Positions 45,056 through 54,779 of a DNA stretch of 64,000 nt are shown here, one piece after another (the stretch's first letter is position 1; each line of letters begins with the position of its first letter). This DNA comes from Acutalibacteraceae bacterium (GTDB taxonomy: Bacteria > Bacillota > Clostridia > Oscillospirales > Acutalibacteraceae), in NCBI GenBank assembly GCA_045531935.1, contig JAZSEX010000033.1:16294-80293 (forward strand), written 5' to 3'. The notes beneath the pieces were generated by a model. That model was not told the origin of the DNA, did not search any database, and was given only the letters and a program-made list of their open reading frames with translations. Position numbers and translations under genes: made by a program.

Positions 45056-45993
45056 ATAAATTCACCGATTGTATCTATGAGCAGCTTTGTTGCCTCTTCC
45101 CTTGTGCCGGGAAGCTGACAGCCTGCCGCATTGGGATGACCGCCGCCGCCGAGTCTTGTGCAGATTGCGCTTGCATCTACGGGATTGTGAGTACGGACAG
45201 ATGCCTTGTAAGTGCCGTCACGTCGCTCACGCAGTGTTACACCGACAAGCACGCCCTCAATCTGACGGGAGATTGCGGCAATACCGTCGCACTCGTTTTC
45301 ATCAGAGCCGCTTTCGGCAAACATAGCACGTGTGATTGTAATAAGCGCACACTTGCCGTCATAGAAAAACTGCATACCGTCAAGAGCAAGACGCTCGAGA
45401 GCGGCATAAGTCCTCGTCTTTGTTTCAAACATTCTGACGTTGATTTCTGACGCAGAAGCACCGAGCTCCATAAGCCTTGCGGCTGTACGGAGAGTAGCGG
45501 GAGTAACGTTTGCATATCGGAAACAGCCCGTATCGGTAGAGATACCCGTATAGAGACAGTCTGCCATATCAGGTGTAATTTCAACACCGAGCTGCTCTAT
45601 AACCTCAAAAATTATCTGAGCTGCTGCCGCCGCAGACGAATCAACATAATTCTGCTTTGCAAAAAGTCTGTTTGAGCCGTGGTGGTCGATAGAAAGGTCA
45701 ACCTTTGATTCGTATTCTGCTTTTATATCGTTACCCATAAGCGTTACATCGGCAATATCAACGGCAACAACGGTCTGCTCCTCAAATTCCTGCGGTTCGA
45801 TTTCAAGATAGCGGAATTTGGGCGGAAGCTCCTCGTTATTGACAACGTTTGCTTTTTTGCCGAGTGCACGCAGTGCAAGGCAAAGACCGAAACCCGAACC
45901 GAGAGTATCTCCGTCCGGGTGAGCATGGGTAAGGATTGTAAAATTATCGTGGGACTTCAAGAAAGAAACTGCACTGCTGATATCTATAAGCAT
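45052..45993 (-). CDS. nrnA: DHH/DHHA1 phosphoesterase (NrnA-type oligoribonuclease / pAp phosphatase)
   Basis: HPDGDTLGS, DHH (IDHHGSN) and the GGGH motif (GGGGHPNAAG). Conserved position between rbfA and truB. Confidence 0.75.
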   Translation of the reverse strand: MLIDISSAVSFLKSHDNFTILTHAHPDGDTLGSGFGLCLALRALGKKANVVNNEELPPKFRYLEIEPQEFEEQTVVAVDIADVTLMGNDIKAEYESKVDLSIDHHGSNRLFAKQNYVDSSAAAAAQIIFEVIEQLGVEITPDMADCLYTGISTDTGCFRYANVTPATLRTAARLMELGASASEINVRMFETKTRTYAALERLALDGMQFFYDGKCALITITRAMFAESGSDENECDGIAAISRQIEGVLVGVTLRERRDGTYKASVRTHNPVDASAICTRLGGGGHPNAAGCQLPGTREEATKLLIDTIGEFI

Positions 45994-46014
45994 TGCTCTT
46001 CCCTCCCTTTTAAA

Positions 46015-46085
46015 AATTCGGAATTAAGAATTCGGAATTAGGAATTATTCGGAAGATTGTAGCTCATTCTGAATTCGTCTTTCAA
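46015..46085 (-). promoter_or_regulatory. candidate internal promoter with two 11-bp palindromes upstream of nrnA
   Basis: Minus strand: TTGAAA (46080-85), 18 nt spacer, TACAAT (46056-61). AATTCGGAATT occurs twice (46015-25, 46029-39), with a degenerate third copy (46043-55), all between the -10 and the RBS. Confidence 0.4.
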
Positions 46086-46160
46086 TCCTCCGTCACGGCT
46101 TACACCGTGCCACCTCCTTTCAAAAGGAGGTTTTTCGGGCGGGCGATTCGTGAATCGCCC

Positions 46161-46508
46161 CTACTTGTTCAAATCGTTGAGCATCTTTGCAATGCCCATA
46201 CCGTGCTCGATTGAGTCATCGGCGACAAAGCGAAGCTCGGGCGTCTTACGCAGATGAAGACGCTGACCTACCTCACGGCGGATATAGCCTGCGGCATTCT
46301 TAAGCCCTAAAACAGCCTCTTTAGCCGCATCAATACCCTCCATAGCACTGATATATGCCTTGGCATAGGAAAGGTCGCCTGTGACCTCAACACGGATAAC
46401 GGTGAGGAGCTTGCCCTGAACACGGGGGTCTTTTATTTCGTCACGGATGATTGCGATTATTTCACGCTTGATATCCTCCGCAACTCTGTCAGATTTATAT
46501 CCTGCCAT
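46161..46508 (-). CDS. rbfA: ribosome-binding factor A
   Basis: 115 aa with RVAEDIKREI ... DPRV ... VEVTGDLSYAKAY and conserved operon position. Confidence 0.9.
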   Translation of the reverse strand: MAGYKSDRVAEDIKREIIAIIRDEIKDPRVQGKLLTVIRVEVTGDLSYAKAYISAMEGIDAAKEAVLGLKNAAGYIRREVGQRLHLRKTPELRFVADDSIEHGMGIAKMLNDLNK

Positions 46509-46572
46509 AGTATTTTTGGCAAAGGCTGACAGAAAAATTCAACGTCAGCCTCTGCATTTACCTTTCAATTAA

Positions 46573-48975
46573 TTAGTCACGGTACTCCTCAATAATGAAG
46601 GACTCGAAGATATCGCCGAGCTTGATATCGTTGAACTTGTTGAGAACGATACCGCACTCATAGCCCTGAACAACTTCCTTTACATCGTCCTTGAAACGCT
46701 TGAGTGAGCCCATCTCATCCTCTGTGATGACGATACCGTCACGGACGACACGGATTTTGGAGTTACGTGTAACCTTACCGTCGAGCACGTAGCAGCCTGC
46801 AACGTTACCGACAGAAGAGATATTGATAATGTTACGAACCTCGATACGGCCCTGTACAACCTCACGAGTCTTGGGAGCAAGCATACCCTTGATAGCAGCC
46901 TCAATCTCCTCAATACAGTCGTAGATAATTCTGTACATTCTCATATCAACACCGTCGCGCTCTGCATTTGCCTGAGCAGCAGGGTCGGGACGGACATTGA
47001 AGCCGACGATGATAGCATTTGATGCATTTGCAAGCATAACGTCGCTCTCGCTGACTGCACCTACGCCGCTGTGGATAACACGGACACGGACTTCATCGTT
47101 GGAGAGCTTTTCAAGATTCTGCTTGACAGCTTCTGCCGAGCCCTGAACGTCAGCCTTGACGACAACGTTGAGATCCTTGACCTCACCTGCCTGAAGTGAA
47201 GAGAAGAGGTTGTCGAGTGTGACCTTCTGTACGGAGCTGAACTGCTCATCCTTGAGCTTCTGCTTACGCTGCTCAACAAGCTCTCTTGCAAGACGCTCAT
47301 CTGATACAGCGTCGAAAACGTCACCTGCCTGGGGAGCTTCGTCAAGACCCATAATCTCAACGGGACAGGACGGACCTGCCTCCTTGACGTTTCTGCCGTG
47401 CTCGTCAACCATTGCACGTACACGGCCGACTGAGGTACCGGCAACGATGATATCGCCTGCACGGAGTGTACCGTTCTGGACAAGGAGAGTTGCGATAGGA
47501 CCGCGGCCCTTATCAAGTCTTGCCTCGATAACGCTACCCTTTGCAGCTCTGTTCGGGTTAGCCTTGAGCTCCATCATCTCTGCAACGAGAAGAATTGACT
47601 CAAGAAGGCTGTCGATACCCATTTTTGTATGAGCAGATACGGGTACACAGATTGTTTCGCCGCCCCACTCTTCGGGAATGAGCTCGTGCTCTGTAAGCTG
47701 CTGCTTGATTTTTTCGGGATTGACATCGGGCTTATCCATTTTATTGATTGCAACAATAATTTGGACACCTGCAGCCTTTGCGTGATTGATAGCCTCGATT
47801 GTCTGCGGCATAATACCGTCGTCTGCGGCAACAACGAGTACCGCTATACCCGTTGCCTTGGCACCGCGTGCACGCATTGACGTGAAGGCTGCGTGACCGG
47901 GAGTATCAAGGAAGGTGATAAGCTCGCCGTTTACCTTTACTCTGTAAGCACCGATGTGCTGTGTGATACCGCCTGCCTCTGTTGAAGTAACGGAAGTATG
48001 ACGGATTGCGTCAAGAAGTGATGTCTTACCGTGGTCAACGTGACCCATAACGACAACAACGGGATTTCTCGGCTCAAGGTTTGTATCGTCATCCTCAGTA
48101 GCATCGATGATTCTGTCCTCTATTGTGACGACAACCTCTTTATTGACCTTTGCACCGAGCTCTGTTGCAACGATCTCTGCTGTATCAAAATCGAGCATAT
48201 CGTTGATAGTAGCCATCTGACCGAGAGCAAAGAGCTTCTTGATAACCTCTGCGGCTGTCATCTTGAGCTTGAGTGCAAGATCGCCGACAGTGATTTCCTC
48301 GGGAAGAGTAACCGTAATCTTTTTGTTTGCACGCTCTGCCTCAATACGCTTGATTCTCTCCTGCTCAGTCTCGCGGCGGTGAGTACGTGTGCCCTGCTTA
48401 CGGTACTGCTTTGACTTCTGGTTGAGCTTCTGCTTACGGACAGAAGAATCCTGAATACCCTGTGACTTGTTTACGGGCACGATATTCTCGTAATGCTCGT
48501 TGTACTTTTCGAGCTGTACGTTGTCTGCACGGGTGTCGATTGTTCTCTTTTCACCCTTTGTTCTTGCCTGAAGAGGACCTGAACGGTCTTTCTCCTTCTT
48601 CTTGGGCTGCTCAGGCTGCTTTGCTGCCGGAGCTGATGCAGGCTTGCCCTCGGTCTTCTTCGCCTCGGGTTTCTTGCCGTCTGCCTTCTTGGCTTCGGGC
48701 TTCTTCTCATCAGCCTTTGCAGGTGCTTCTGCCTTGGGAGCCTCTTTCTTGGGCTCGGGCTTTACCTCTGCAGCTGTTGCAAAGTACTCATCAAAGCTCT
48801 TGACAGCGGACTGCTGAGTAAAGGTTTCAAATATAATATCAAGCTCTTTGTCTGTGAGAGCTGTCATATGATTTTTTGTGTCGTCAAAATACTCTGTAAG
48901 CAGCTCGAGCACTACCTTGCTGGACTTGCCGAAATCCTTACCGACTTCGTGAATTCTGTATTTAATTGCTGCCAT
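46573..48975 (-). CDS. infB: translation initiation factor IF-2
   Basis: GTPase motifs [19 protein letters not shown] and NKMD, plus a Lys/Glu/Pro/Ala-rich N-terminal region. Confidence 0.95.
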   Translation of the reverse strand: MAAIKYRIHEVGKDFGKSSKVVLELLTEYFDDTKNHMTALTDKELDIIFETFTQQSAVKSFDEYFATAAEVKPEPKKEAPKAEAPAKADEKKPEAKKADGKKPEAKKTEGKPASAPAAKQPEQPKKKEKDRSGPLQARTKGEKRTIDTRADNVQLEKYNEHYENIVPVNKSQGIQDSSVRKQKLNQKSKQYRKQGTRTHRRETEQERIKRIEAERANKKITVTLPEEITVGDLALKLKMTAAEVIKKLFALGQMATINDMLDFDTAEIVATELGAKVNKEVVVTIEDRIIDATEDDDTNLEPRNPVVVVMGHVDHGKTSLLDAIRHTSVTSTEAGGITQHIGAYRVKVNGELITFLDTPGHAAFTSMRARGAKATGIAVLVVAADDGIMPQTIEAINHAKAAGVQIIVAINKMDKPDVNPEKIKQQLTEHELIPEEWGGETICVPVSAHTKMGIDSLLESILLVAEMMELKANPNRAAKGSVIEARLDKGRGPIATLLVQNGTLRAGDIIVAGTSVGRVRAMVDEHGRNVKEAGPSCPVEIMGLDEAPQAGDVFDAVSDERLARELVEQRKQKLKDEQFSSVQKVTLDNLFSSLQAGEVKDLNVVVKADVQGSAEAVKQNLEKLSNDEVRVRVIHSGVGAVSESDVMLANASNAIIVGFNVRPDPAAQANAERDGVDMRMYRIIYDCIEEIEAAIKGMLAPKTREVVQGRIEVRNIINISSVGNVAGCYVLDGKVTRNSKIRVVRDGIVITEDEMGSLKRFKDDVKEVVQGYECGIVLNKFNDIKLGDIFESFIIEEYRD

Positions 48976-48987
48976 ACGTTTTCCTCC

Positions 48988-49263
48988 TTAGTTCTGCTCA
49001 CTGTCAAACTGACTGAGCAGATTGTCATATACGTGCTGTTCAACAGCACAACCGAAAGCTCTTTCGAACCGTTTTGCTTTGATTGCCTTGGTGAGACAGC
49101 CTCTGTCGTGACAGATATATGCGCCTCTGCCGTTTTTCTTGCCCGTAAGGTCGAGTGATACCTCACCCTCGGGAGAGCGTACCGCACGGATAAGCTCCTG
49201 CTTCGGCTTCATTTCACCGCAACCCAAGCACTTTCTCATTGGTATTTTTCTGGGTTTGTTCAA
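48988..49263 (-). CDS. ylxR: YlxR-family (DUF448) RNA-binding protein
   Basis: RKCLGCGEMKPKQELIR ... GRGAYIC motif, located between nusA and infB. Confidence 0.85.
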   Translation of the reverse strand: MNKPRKIPMRKCLGCGEMKPKQELIRAVRSPEGEVSLDLTGKKNGRGAYICHDRGCLTKAIKAKRFERAFGCAVEQHVYDNLLSQFDSEQN

Positions 49264-49281
49264 TTATCTCACCCTTTTATG

Positions 49282-50340
49282 TTATTCCTTAATCTCAAAA
49301 AATCCGCTTTCGGGGTTGATATCAATCTTCCAGCCTGTGAGCTTTGCAGCAAGACGGGCATTCTGACCCTTGTTGCCGATAGCAAGTGAAAGCTGGTTGT
49401 CGGGGACAACTACACGGCAGGAATTGGGAGCATCGTCGAGAACCTCAACGCTGATAACATCAGCGGGAGCAAGTGATGCGGCAATAAACTCAGCCGGGTC
49501 TTCGCTGTACTTGACAATATCAATCTTTTCGCCGCCGAGAAGGTCAACAACCTTACCTACACGTGCACCTCTTGCACCGATGCAGGAGCCGACAGCGTCG
49601 ACGTTTTCGTCTGCACTGAATACAGCAACCTTTGTACGTGAGCCTGCCTCACGGGAGATTGCCTGGATTTTGACTGTACCGTCAAAGATTTCGGGAACTT
49701 CTTCTTCAAAGAGTCTGCGGACAAGGCCGGGATGTGTACGGGAAATCATAGCCTTGACACCGCTCTTTTCGCCTTCGCGGATATCGACAACGTAAACCTT
49801 GATAAGGTCGCCGATCTTAAGCTCTTCACCGGGAACCTGCTCAGTCTTGGGAAGGATTGATTCGCCCTTACCGAGCTCGACTGTTGCGTTGCCTGACTCT
49901 GCGTCGATATTAACAACCTTTACTGTTACAAGCTCGTTGTGCTTGCTCTGGAACTCCTGCTTGATCTGGCTGCGCTCAGCCTCACGGATACCCTGACGGA
50001 TAACGTTCTTGACTGTGCTTGCAGCGATTCTGCTGAAGCTCTTTGTCTCAAGCGGAATCTCGACGATATCGCCGGGGATTGCACTTGCCTTATAACGCTC
50101 AGCCTCTTCGGGAAGAAGATCTGTAACGGGGTCTGTGATTTCGGATACGACATTCTTGCGAAGGTAAACAGCCATTTCGCCGCTTGCAAAGTCGATTTCG
50201 CAGTAGCCGATATCTCTGCCGTATTCGCCCTTGATTGCGGATACGATAGCAGCCTGGATTCTCTCACAGAGAATCTCTGCGGGGATGCCTTTTTCTTTCT
50301 CGAGAAGTCTCACAGCTTCAAAAAATTCTTTAGTGTCCAT
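49282..50340 (-). CDS. nusA: transcription termination/antitermination factor NusA
   Basis: N-terminal domain, S1 and two KH domains (AISREAGSRTKVAV, LAIGNKGQNARLA). Confidence 0.95.
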   Translation of the reverse strand: MDTKEFFEAVRLLEKEKGIPAEILCERIQAAIVSAIKGEYGRDIGYCEIDFASGEMAVYLRKNVVSEITDPVTDLLPEEAERYKASAIPGDIVEIPLETKSFSRIAASTVKNVIRQGIREAERSQIKQEFQSKHNELVTVKVVNIDAESGNATVELGKGESILPKTEQVPGEELKIGDLIKVYVVDIREGEKSGVKAMISRTHPGLVRRLFEEEVPEIFDGTVKIQAISREAGSRTKVAVFSADENVDAVGSCIGARGARVGKVVDLLGGEKIDIVKYSEDPAEFIAASLAPADVISVEVLDDAPNSCRVVVPDNQLSLAIGNKGQNARLAAKLTGWKIDINPESGFFEIKE

Positions 50341-50371
50341 TTTGATATATCAATCCTTTCGTTAAATTACG

Positions 50372-50857
50372 TTATATTACATCCGAGTCGTCAAGACGTA
50401 CCCAGGATGCCTCTTTGCGTTCGATAACAAGTGTACGGCCGTCATCAAGTGTGACGGTAAAGCTGCCCGCATCGTGAGCATCGAGCGTACAGTGAAGCTC
50501 ACGCTCACCGGTCTCAAGCGGACGGATAAGCCTTACGACTACGGGTGAGCCGATATAGGCATCAAAGTGTGCCGGACGTGTAAGCTCACGGTCGATACCC
50601 GGAGAGCTGACCTCGAGACAGTAGCTCTGCTCGATAGGGTCTGCCTCATCAAGCGGCTTATCAAGTGCGTGGCTCATTGCCACACAGTCGTCAATACCGA
50701 CGCCGCCTTCCTTATCGATAAAAATACGCAGATACCAGTTTGCACCCTCTTTTACAAAGCGTACATCCCAGAGTCTGAGACCGAGCTGCTCAGCTATCGG
50801 CTCAGCGATTGCCGTTACGGCTGCAACTGTGTTGCCGCCCTTACCTTTGCCTGCCAT
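50372..50857 (-). CDS. rimP: ribosome maturation factor RimP
   Basis: The ATG at 50857 has AAGGAG upstream; the track start 50956 has no RBS. Motifs: LRIFIDKEGGVGIDDC and EVSSPGIDR. Confidence 0.85.
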   Translation of the reverse strand: MAGKGKGGNTVAAVTAIAEPIAEQLGLRLWDVRFVKEGANWYLRIFIDKEGGVGIDDCVAMSHALDKPLDEADPIEQSYCLEVSSPGIDRELTRPAHFDAYIGSPVVVRLIRPLETGERELHCTLDAHDAGSFTVTLDDGRTLVIERKEASWVRLDDSDVI

Positions 50858-50894
50858 ATCATCGCTCCTTACATTGAAAAATCGATATGAATAA

Positions 50895-50975
50895 ACAAAA
50901 GAGCGGGCAGAGCCCACTCTTTCAGTCAAATCATTCGTACAGCCATAGTTTAACACATAAAAAGCGAAATATCAA
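50895..50975 (-). promoter_or_regulatory. promoter and leader terminator-like hairpin of the rimP-nusA-infB operon
   Basis: Minus strand: TTGATA (50970-75), 17 nt spacer, TAAACT (50947-52). The hairpin AGAGTGGGC-TCT-GCCCGCTCT (50900-20) follows and runs into TTTTGTTT, about 40 nt before the rimP ATG. Confidence 0.5.
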
Positions 50976-51036
50976 TAGTAATTTTAATATAAATAAAGAG
51001 AAAAATTGCTCTGTTTACGGCAAAACAGCCCAAAAA

Positions 51037-51729
51037 TCAGGCCTCTTCGGTTTTTGCCGCTCTCTTTTTGCGTGTAACAAGCCAACGTATTACAAAAGCT
51101 ACGGCGGCAACCGGCACGAGAACAAGCACCGCTTTTACGATAAGCGGCATAGGAATATACTCGTAAACACTGTCGCCAAGCAGGGTAAACGCAATTACAC
51201 GGGGAGCTATTCCGAGTACGGAAAAAAGCACGTAGCGGAAAAACGGAGTTTTCATCGAGCCGAAAAACAGGCTCGAAAAATCAATCGGCAGAGCAACAAG
51301 ACGCACAACAAAAACGGTTGAAAACTTTGACGTGTTTTTCATACCGAGAATCTTATCGCCACCCTTGACTTTTTTAAGAAGCCTGGCAACATACTCGCCG
51401 CCGAGAGCTCTGCCGAGCCAGTATGTAACAGTAACCTCGAGAGCGATACCGGCAAGGCTGATAATAATAGCCGTAACGGTGTCGAAAGCCATACCGACCG
51501 AAACGTAGACGAGCATAGCGGGAATTACAAAAGTAAGCCCCTTGAGACCGAAGATGCCTACTGCGACTGCGATTGCGAGTGCTTCACCCGGAGCAGCGGC
51601 AACAAGTGCTCGCACGTCGAGATTTACAAGCCTGTCGTAATTGAGTGCAACGGCAATAAAAATTACTGCCAGCACACCCATACGCAGAAGCAGGGGGAGA
51701 ATTTCTTTTTTTACAGATTCTCTATTCAT
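51037..51729 (-). CDS. TVP38/TMEM64 (DedA-related) family membrane protein
   Basis: Polytopic membrane protein with the VTYWLGRALGGEYV motif characteristic of the family. Confidence 0.8.
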   Translation of the reverse strand: MNRESVKKEILPLLLRMGVLAVIFIAVALNYDRLVNLDVRALVAAAPGEALAIAVAVGIFGLKGLTFVIPAMLVYVSVGMAFDTVTAIIISLAGIALEVTVTYWLGRALGGEYVARLLKKVKGGDKILGMKNTSKFSTVFVVRLVALPIDFSSLFFGSMKTPFFRYVLFSVLGIAPRVIAFTLLGDSVYEYIPMPLIVKAVLVLVPVAAVAFVIRWLVTRKKRAAKTEEA

Positions 51730-51774
51730 ACAAAATCCTTTTCGTTATAACGTAATTGGTGAATCGCCCCTACA

Positions 51775-51803
51775 ATCATACTTACATCATCCGCTTTTGT
51801 CAA
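51775..51803 (-). promoter_or_regulatory. sigma-A-type promoter for the TVP38-family gene
   Basis: Minus strand: TTGACA (51798-51803, overlapping the ATPase stop codon), 17 nt spacer, TATGAT (51775-80). Confidence 0.5.
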
Positions 51804-54304
51804 GATTTTACACGCTTGGATATTTCGACGGCTGTAAGCAGGGCAAGACCGAGGGCGGCAACAACAAGCCACTGCGCAAAAGTGAGAGTAACGACGCTGA
51901 AAACCGAGGCGACCTGAGGAACCATAACCACACCGAGCTGCAACAGCATACACACGGCAAAGGCGATATTCATACGTTTATTTGAAAAAAAGCCGATACG
52001 GAAAAGTGAAAATTTACTGCGTGAATTGAGTGCGTGTACAAGCTCGCCTATACTCATTGTGCAGAAGCACACCGTACGACCGACATCGAGACCCCAGAAA
52101 GCTCTGCCGAGTGTAAAACCGAGCAAGGCAAGAGCACCGATAAACACACCTTCAAACGCTATATCGAGCCAGCCGTTTTTTGTAAACAGACCTTTTTTCG
52201 GGTCAACGGGAGAACGGGTCATAATATCGCTGTCTGCTTTTTCAACTCCGAGTGCCATTGCAGGAAGCGAATCCGTAACGAGATTAATCCACAGAAGCTG
52301 AATCGGAAGCAGGGGAGTCGGCAGGTGCATAAGCCCTGCAAAAAAGATGAGAATTATCTCGCCGATATTACTGCTGAGCAGGAAATGGATAACCTTTTTT
52401 ATGTTGTCGTATATTCCTCTGCCTTCACGCACGGCTTTGACAATTGTTGCAAAATTATCGTCGGCAAGCACGATATCCGCCGCACCCTTTGCGACCTCGG
52501 TGCCACCCTTACCCATAGCACAGCCTATATCTGCCGCCTTGAGTGCAGGCGCATCGTTTACTCCGTCACCCGTCATTGCAGTGACCTCTCCGTTTGTACG
52601 CAGCGCTTTGACGATACGCACCTTGTGCTCGGGGCTTACCCTTGCAAAAACACGCTTTGTTTTCACCGTTTCGCACAGCTCTTTGTCGCTCATAGCATCG
52701 AGCCTTGCACCCGTAACGGCTTCGTCGCCTTTTTCGGCAATGCCGAGTCTTGCGGCAATTGCAGAGGCGGTACGGGGATTATCACCTGTTATCATTACGG
52801 GAGTTATGCCTGCCTGCTTACAAAGTGCAACAGCCTTTGCGGCTTCACGCCTTTCGGGGTCTTCGATAGCTATGAGACCGATTAACTCAAACATTCCGCC
52901 GGGCTCACGGGAGGCAACGGCAAGTACTCGCAGACCCTCATCGGCAAGAATGTCGTTCAGCATATATGCATTGCCTGCAAATCGGCAGAGAGCAAGCACC
53001 TTTTCGGGTGCACCTTTTACTATTTCGAGTCGGTTTTTGTCAAATTCAACTTCAACTGTCATCGTCTTTTTTTCTGAGCTGAAGGGCTCTTCACGAAGCC
53101 TCACAGCATTTTTTACAAGCACTTTTTGTTCCGATGCCGCACGCACGATTGCGGTTTCCGTAGGCTCACCCTCTGTTAAGGTTGCATTACAGCACAGAGA
53201 AGCTGTTTTAAGTAAATTTTTGCCTTCATCCGAGTCGGCACTGACCTCACCGTAAGGCGAGCAAAGACGGCAGACCGTCATTTTATTCTGAGTGAGAGTG
53301 CCCGTTTTATCAGAGCAGATATACGTTGCACTGCCCAGAGCTTCTACCGCTGTAAGCTTGCGGATTATGGCTTTGTTCTTAGCCATTTTGGAGACGCCCG
53401 TGCTGAGCACGATAGTGACAACGGCAGGCAGACCCTCGGGGATTGCCGCAACGGCAAGGCTGACGGAGAGCATAAAGCTTGAAAGCAGACCGTCACGTCT
53501 GAGCACACCTAAAAGAAATATCACCGCACAGATTGCAACAGCACCGAGACCGAGGGTGCGGCTGATTTTTTCGAGCCGTAATTGCAGAGGAGTCAGAGGT
53601 GATTTTTCACTGCCTATCATATCGGCAATTCTGCCAATCTGCGTATTCATACCCGTATGGGTAACAACCGCCTTTGCGTGACCTGAAAGTACGGTTGTGG
53701 TTGCATAAACCGTATTGCACCGCTCGGCAAGCGGAGTTTCGGCACTGAGCAGAAGCTGCGGATTTTTCTCGACAGGTAAGGCTTCACCCGTCAGTGCACT
53801 TTCGTTTGTTTTAAGACCGACAGCCTCAATAAGTCTTGCATCTGCCGCAATGCAGTCCCCTGCACTGAGTAAAAGAATATCGCCTGCAACTACCTGAGAT
53901 GAAGGTATTTTCTGTATCTGCGAATCACGCACAACGGTTGCTTCGGGTGCAGACATACGGCGGAGATTGTCGATTGCGTGCTCTGCTTTACTCTCCTGCA
54001 CAACACCCACGACGGCATTGAGAATTACGATTGCAAGAATTATTATAGGGTCAATATACGAGCCGTCACCCTCGAGATAAGCGGTAAAAAAAGATATAAC
54101 AGCCGCAATAATCAGAGTGATAACCATAAAATCTTTGAACTGAGACAAAAATCGCAGAATTATATTCCGCTGCTTTTTTTCGCTGAGTTTATTTTCCCCC
54201 TGCTCATTCAGCCTTTTTAACGCTTCGGATTTTCTCAGTCCGTTTCTTATATCGGTTTTAAGCTTTTTCTGTGTATCGTTTATATTCAGTGAGTGAAAAT
54301 CCAT
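51800..54304 (-). CDS. P-type (type IIA-like) calcium-translocating ATPase
   Basis: DKTGTLTQN phosphorylation site, [16 protein letters not shown] and the PEGLP motif in TM4 ([10 protein letters not shown]). Confidence 0.9.
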   Translation of the reverse strand: MDFHSLNINDTQKKLKTDIRNGLRKSEALKRLNEQGENKLSEKKQRNIILRFLSQFKDFMVITLIIAAVISFFTAYLEGDGSYIDPIIILAIVILNAVVGVVQESKAEHAIDNLRRMSAPEATVVRDSQIQKIPSSQVVAGDILLLSAGDCIAADARLIEAVGLKTNESALTGEALPVEKNPQLLLSAETPLAERCNTVYATTTVLSGHAKAVVTHTGMNTQIGRIADMIGSEKSPLTPLQLRLEKISRTLGLGAVAICAVIFLLGVLRRDGLLSSFMLSVSLAVAAIPEGLPAVVTIVLSTGVSKMAKNKAIIRKLTAVEALGSATYICSDKTGTLTQNKMTVCRLCSPYGEVSADSDEGKNLLKTASLCCNATLTEGEPTETAIVRAASEQKVLVKNAVRLREEPFSSEKKTMTVEVEFDKNRLEIVKGAPEKVLALCRFAGNAYMLNDILADEGLRVLAVASREPGGMFELIGLIAIEDPERREAAKAVALCKQAGITPVMITGDNPRTASAIAARLGIAEKGDEAVTGARLDAMSDKELCETVKTKRVFARVSPEHKVRIVKALRTNGEVTAMTGDGVNDAPALKAADIGCAMGKGGTEVAKGAADIVLADDNFATIVKAVREGRGIYDNIKKVIHFLLSSNIGEIILIFFAGLMHLPTPLLPIQLLWINLVTDSLPAMALGVEKADSDIMTRSPVDPKKGLFTKNGWLDIAFEGVFIGALALLGFTLGRAFWGLDVGRTVCFCTMSIGELVHALNSRSKFSLFRIGFFSNKRMNIAFAVCMLLQLGVVMVPQVASVFSVVTLTFAQWLVVAALGLALLTAVEISKRVKS

Positions 54305-54365
54305 ACCGTTACCACCCTTGATTTTACTTTTTTAATTTATATGTAGGTTCATATATTATTATTAA

Positions 54366-54394
54366 TTGACATTAAGGTTCTTTTGATATAAAAT
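54366..54394 (+). promoter_or_regulatory. promoter of rnpB
   Basis: TTGACA (54366-71), 17 nt spacer, TAAAAT (54389-94). The alternative reading is an extended -10, TGaTATAAA. Confidence 0.5.
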
Positions 54395-54402
54395 ATATAG
54401 TT

Positions 54403-54747
54403 ACAAGCGGATCGGGCAGCTGCGGCGGTAAGGACTTATCACCCTTGCCGACGAGGAAAGTCCGGGCTTCACAGAGCAGGATAACGGCTAACGGCCGCCG
54501 AGGGTGACCTCCGGGACAGTGCAACAGAGATATACCGCCCACTTACGTGGGTAAGGGTGGAAAGGCGAGGTAAGAGCTCACCGGCGTGCAGGAGACTGTA
54601 CGGCCCTGTAAACCCTATCCGAAGCAACACCGAATGGAGTGGCTTGCTCGGCCCATACTCCGACGGGTGGCTCGAGCACTGCGGCAACGCAGTGCCTAGA
54701 AAGATAGTTGCCTTAAACGACAGAACCCGGCTTACAGATCCGCTTGT
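54403..54747 (+). ncRNA. rnpB: RNase P RNA, bacterial type A
   Basis: GAGGAAAGTCCGGGC (P4 5' strand), ACAGAACCCGGCTTA (P4 3' strand) and GGTAAGGGTGGAAAGG. The P1 stem ACAAGCGGATC / GATCCGCTTGT closes the molecule and is followed by a T-run. Confidence 0.9.
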
Positions 54748-54779
54748 TTTTTTATCAAATCACAAAAAGGACGATACAC

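Noticed and set aside
46150-46164. The 15-mer GTGAATCGCCCCTAC is shared between the rbfA stop region and 51759-51773.
   Set aside because: A few exact 15-mer coincidences are expected by chance in a 64-kb window counting both strands. The flanks do not align, and only the first copy is part of a palindrome.
46509-46572. Hairpin AGGCTGAC...GTCAGCCT between infB and rbfA as a terminator.
   Set aside because: It is followed only by TTTGCC rather than a real U-run. It more likely acts as a processing or stability element within the operon and is not reported as a terminator.
48471-48817. Lys/Glu/Pro/Ala-rich repeats ([21 protein letters not shown]) and overlapping ORFs in the infB 5' region.
   Set aside because: A low-complexity N-terminal region is a normal feature of bacterial IF-2. 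The overlapping ORFs are frame shadows of it.
52034-53255. 283-aa and 302-aa plus-strand ORFs.
   Set aside because: They are antisense shadows inside the P-type ATPase gene, which carries complete P-type motifs. Their translations are low-complexity (Ser/Ala/Pro/Arg-rich).
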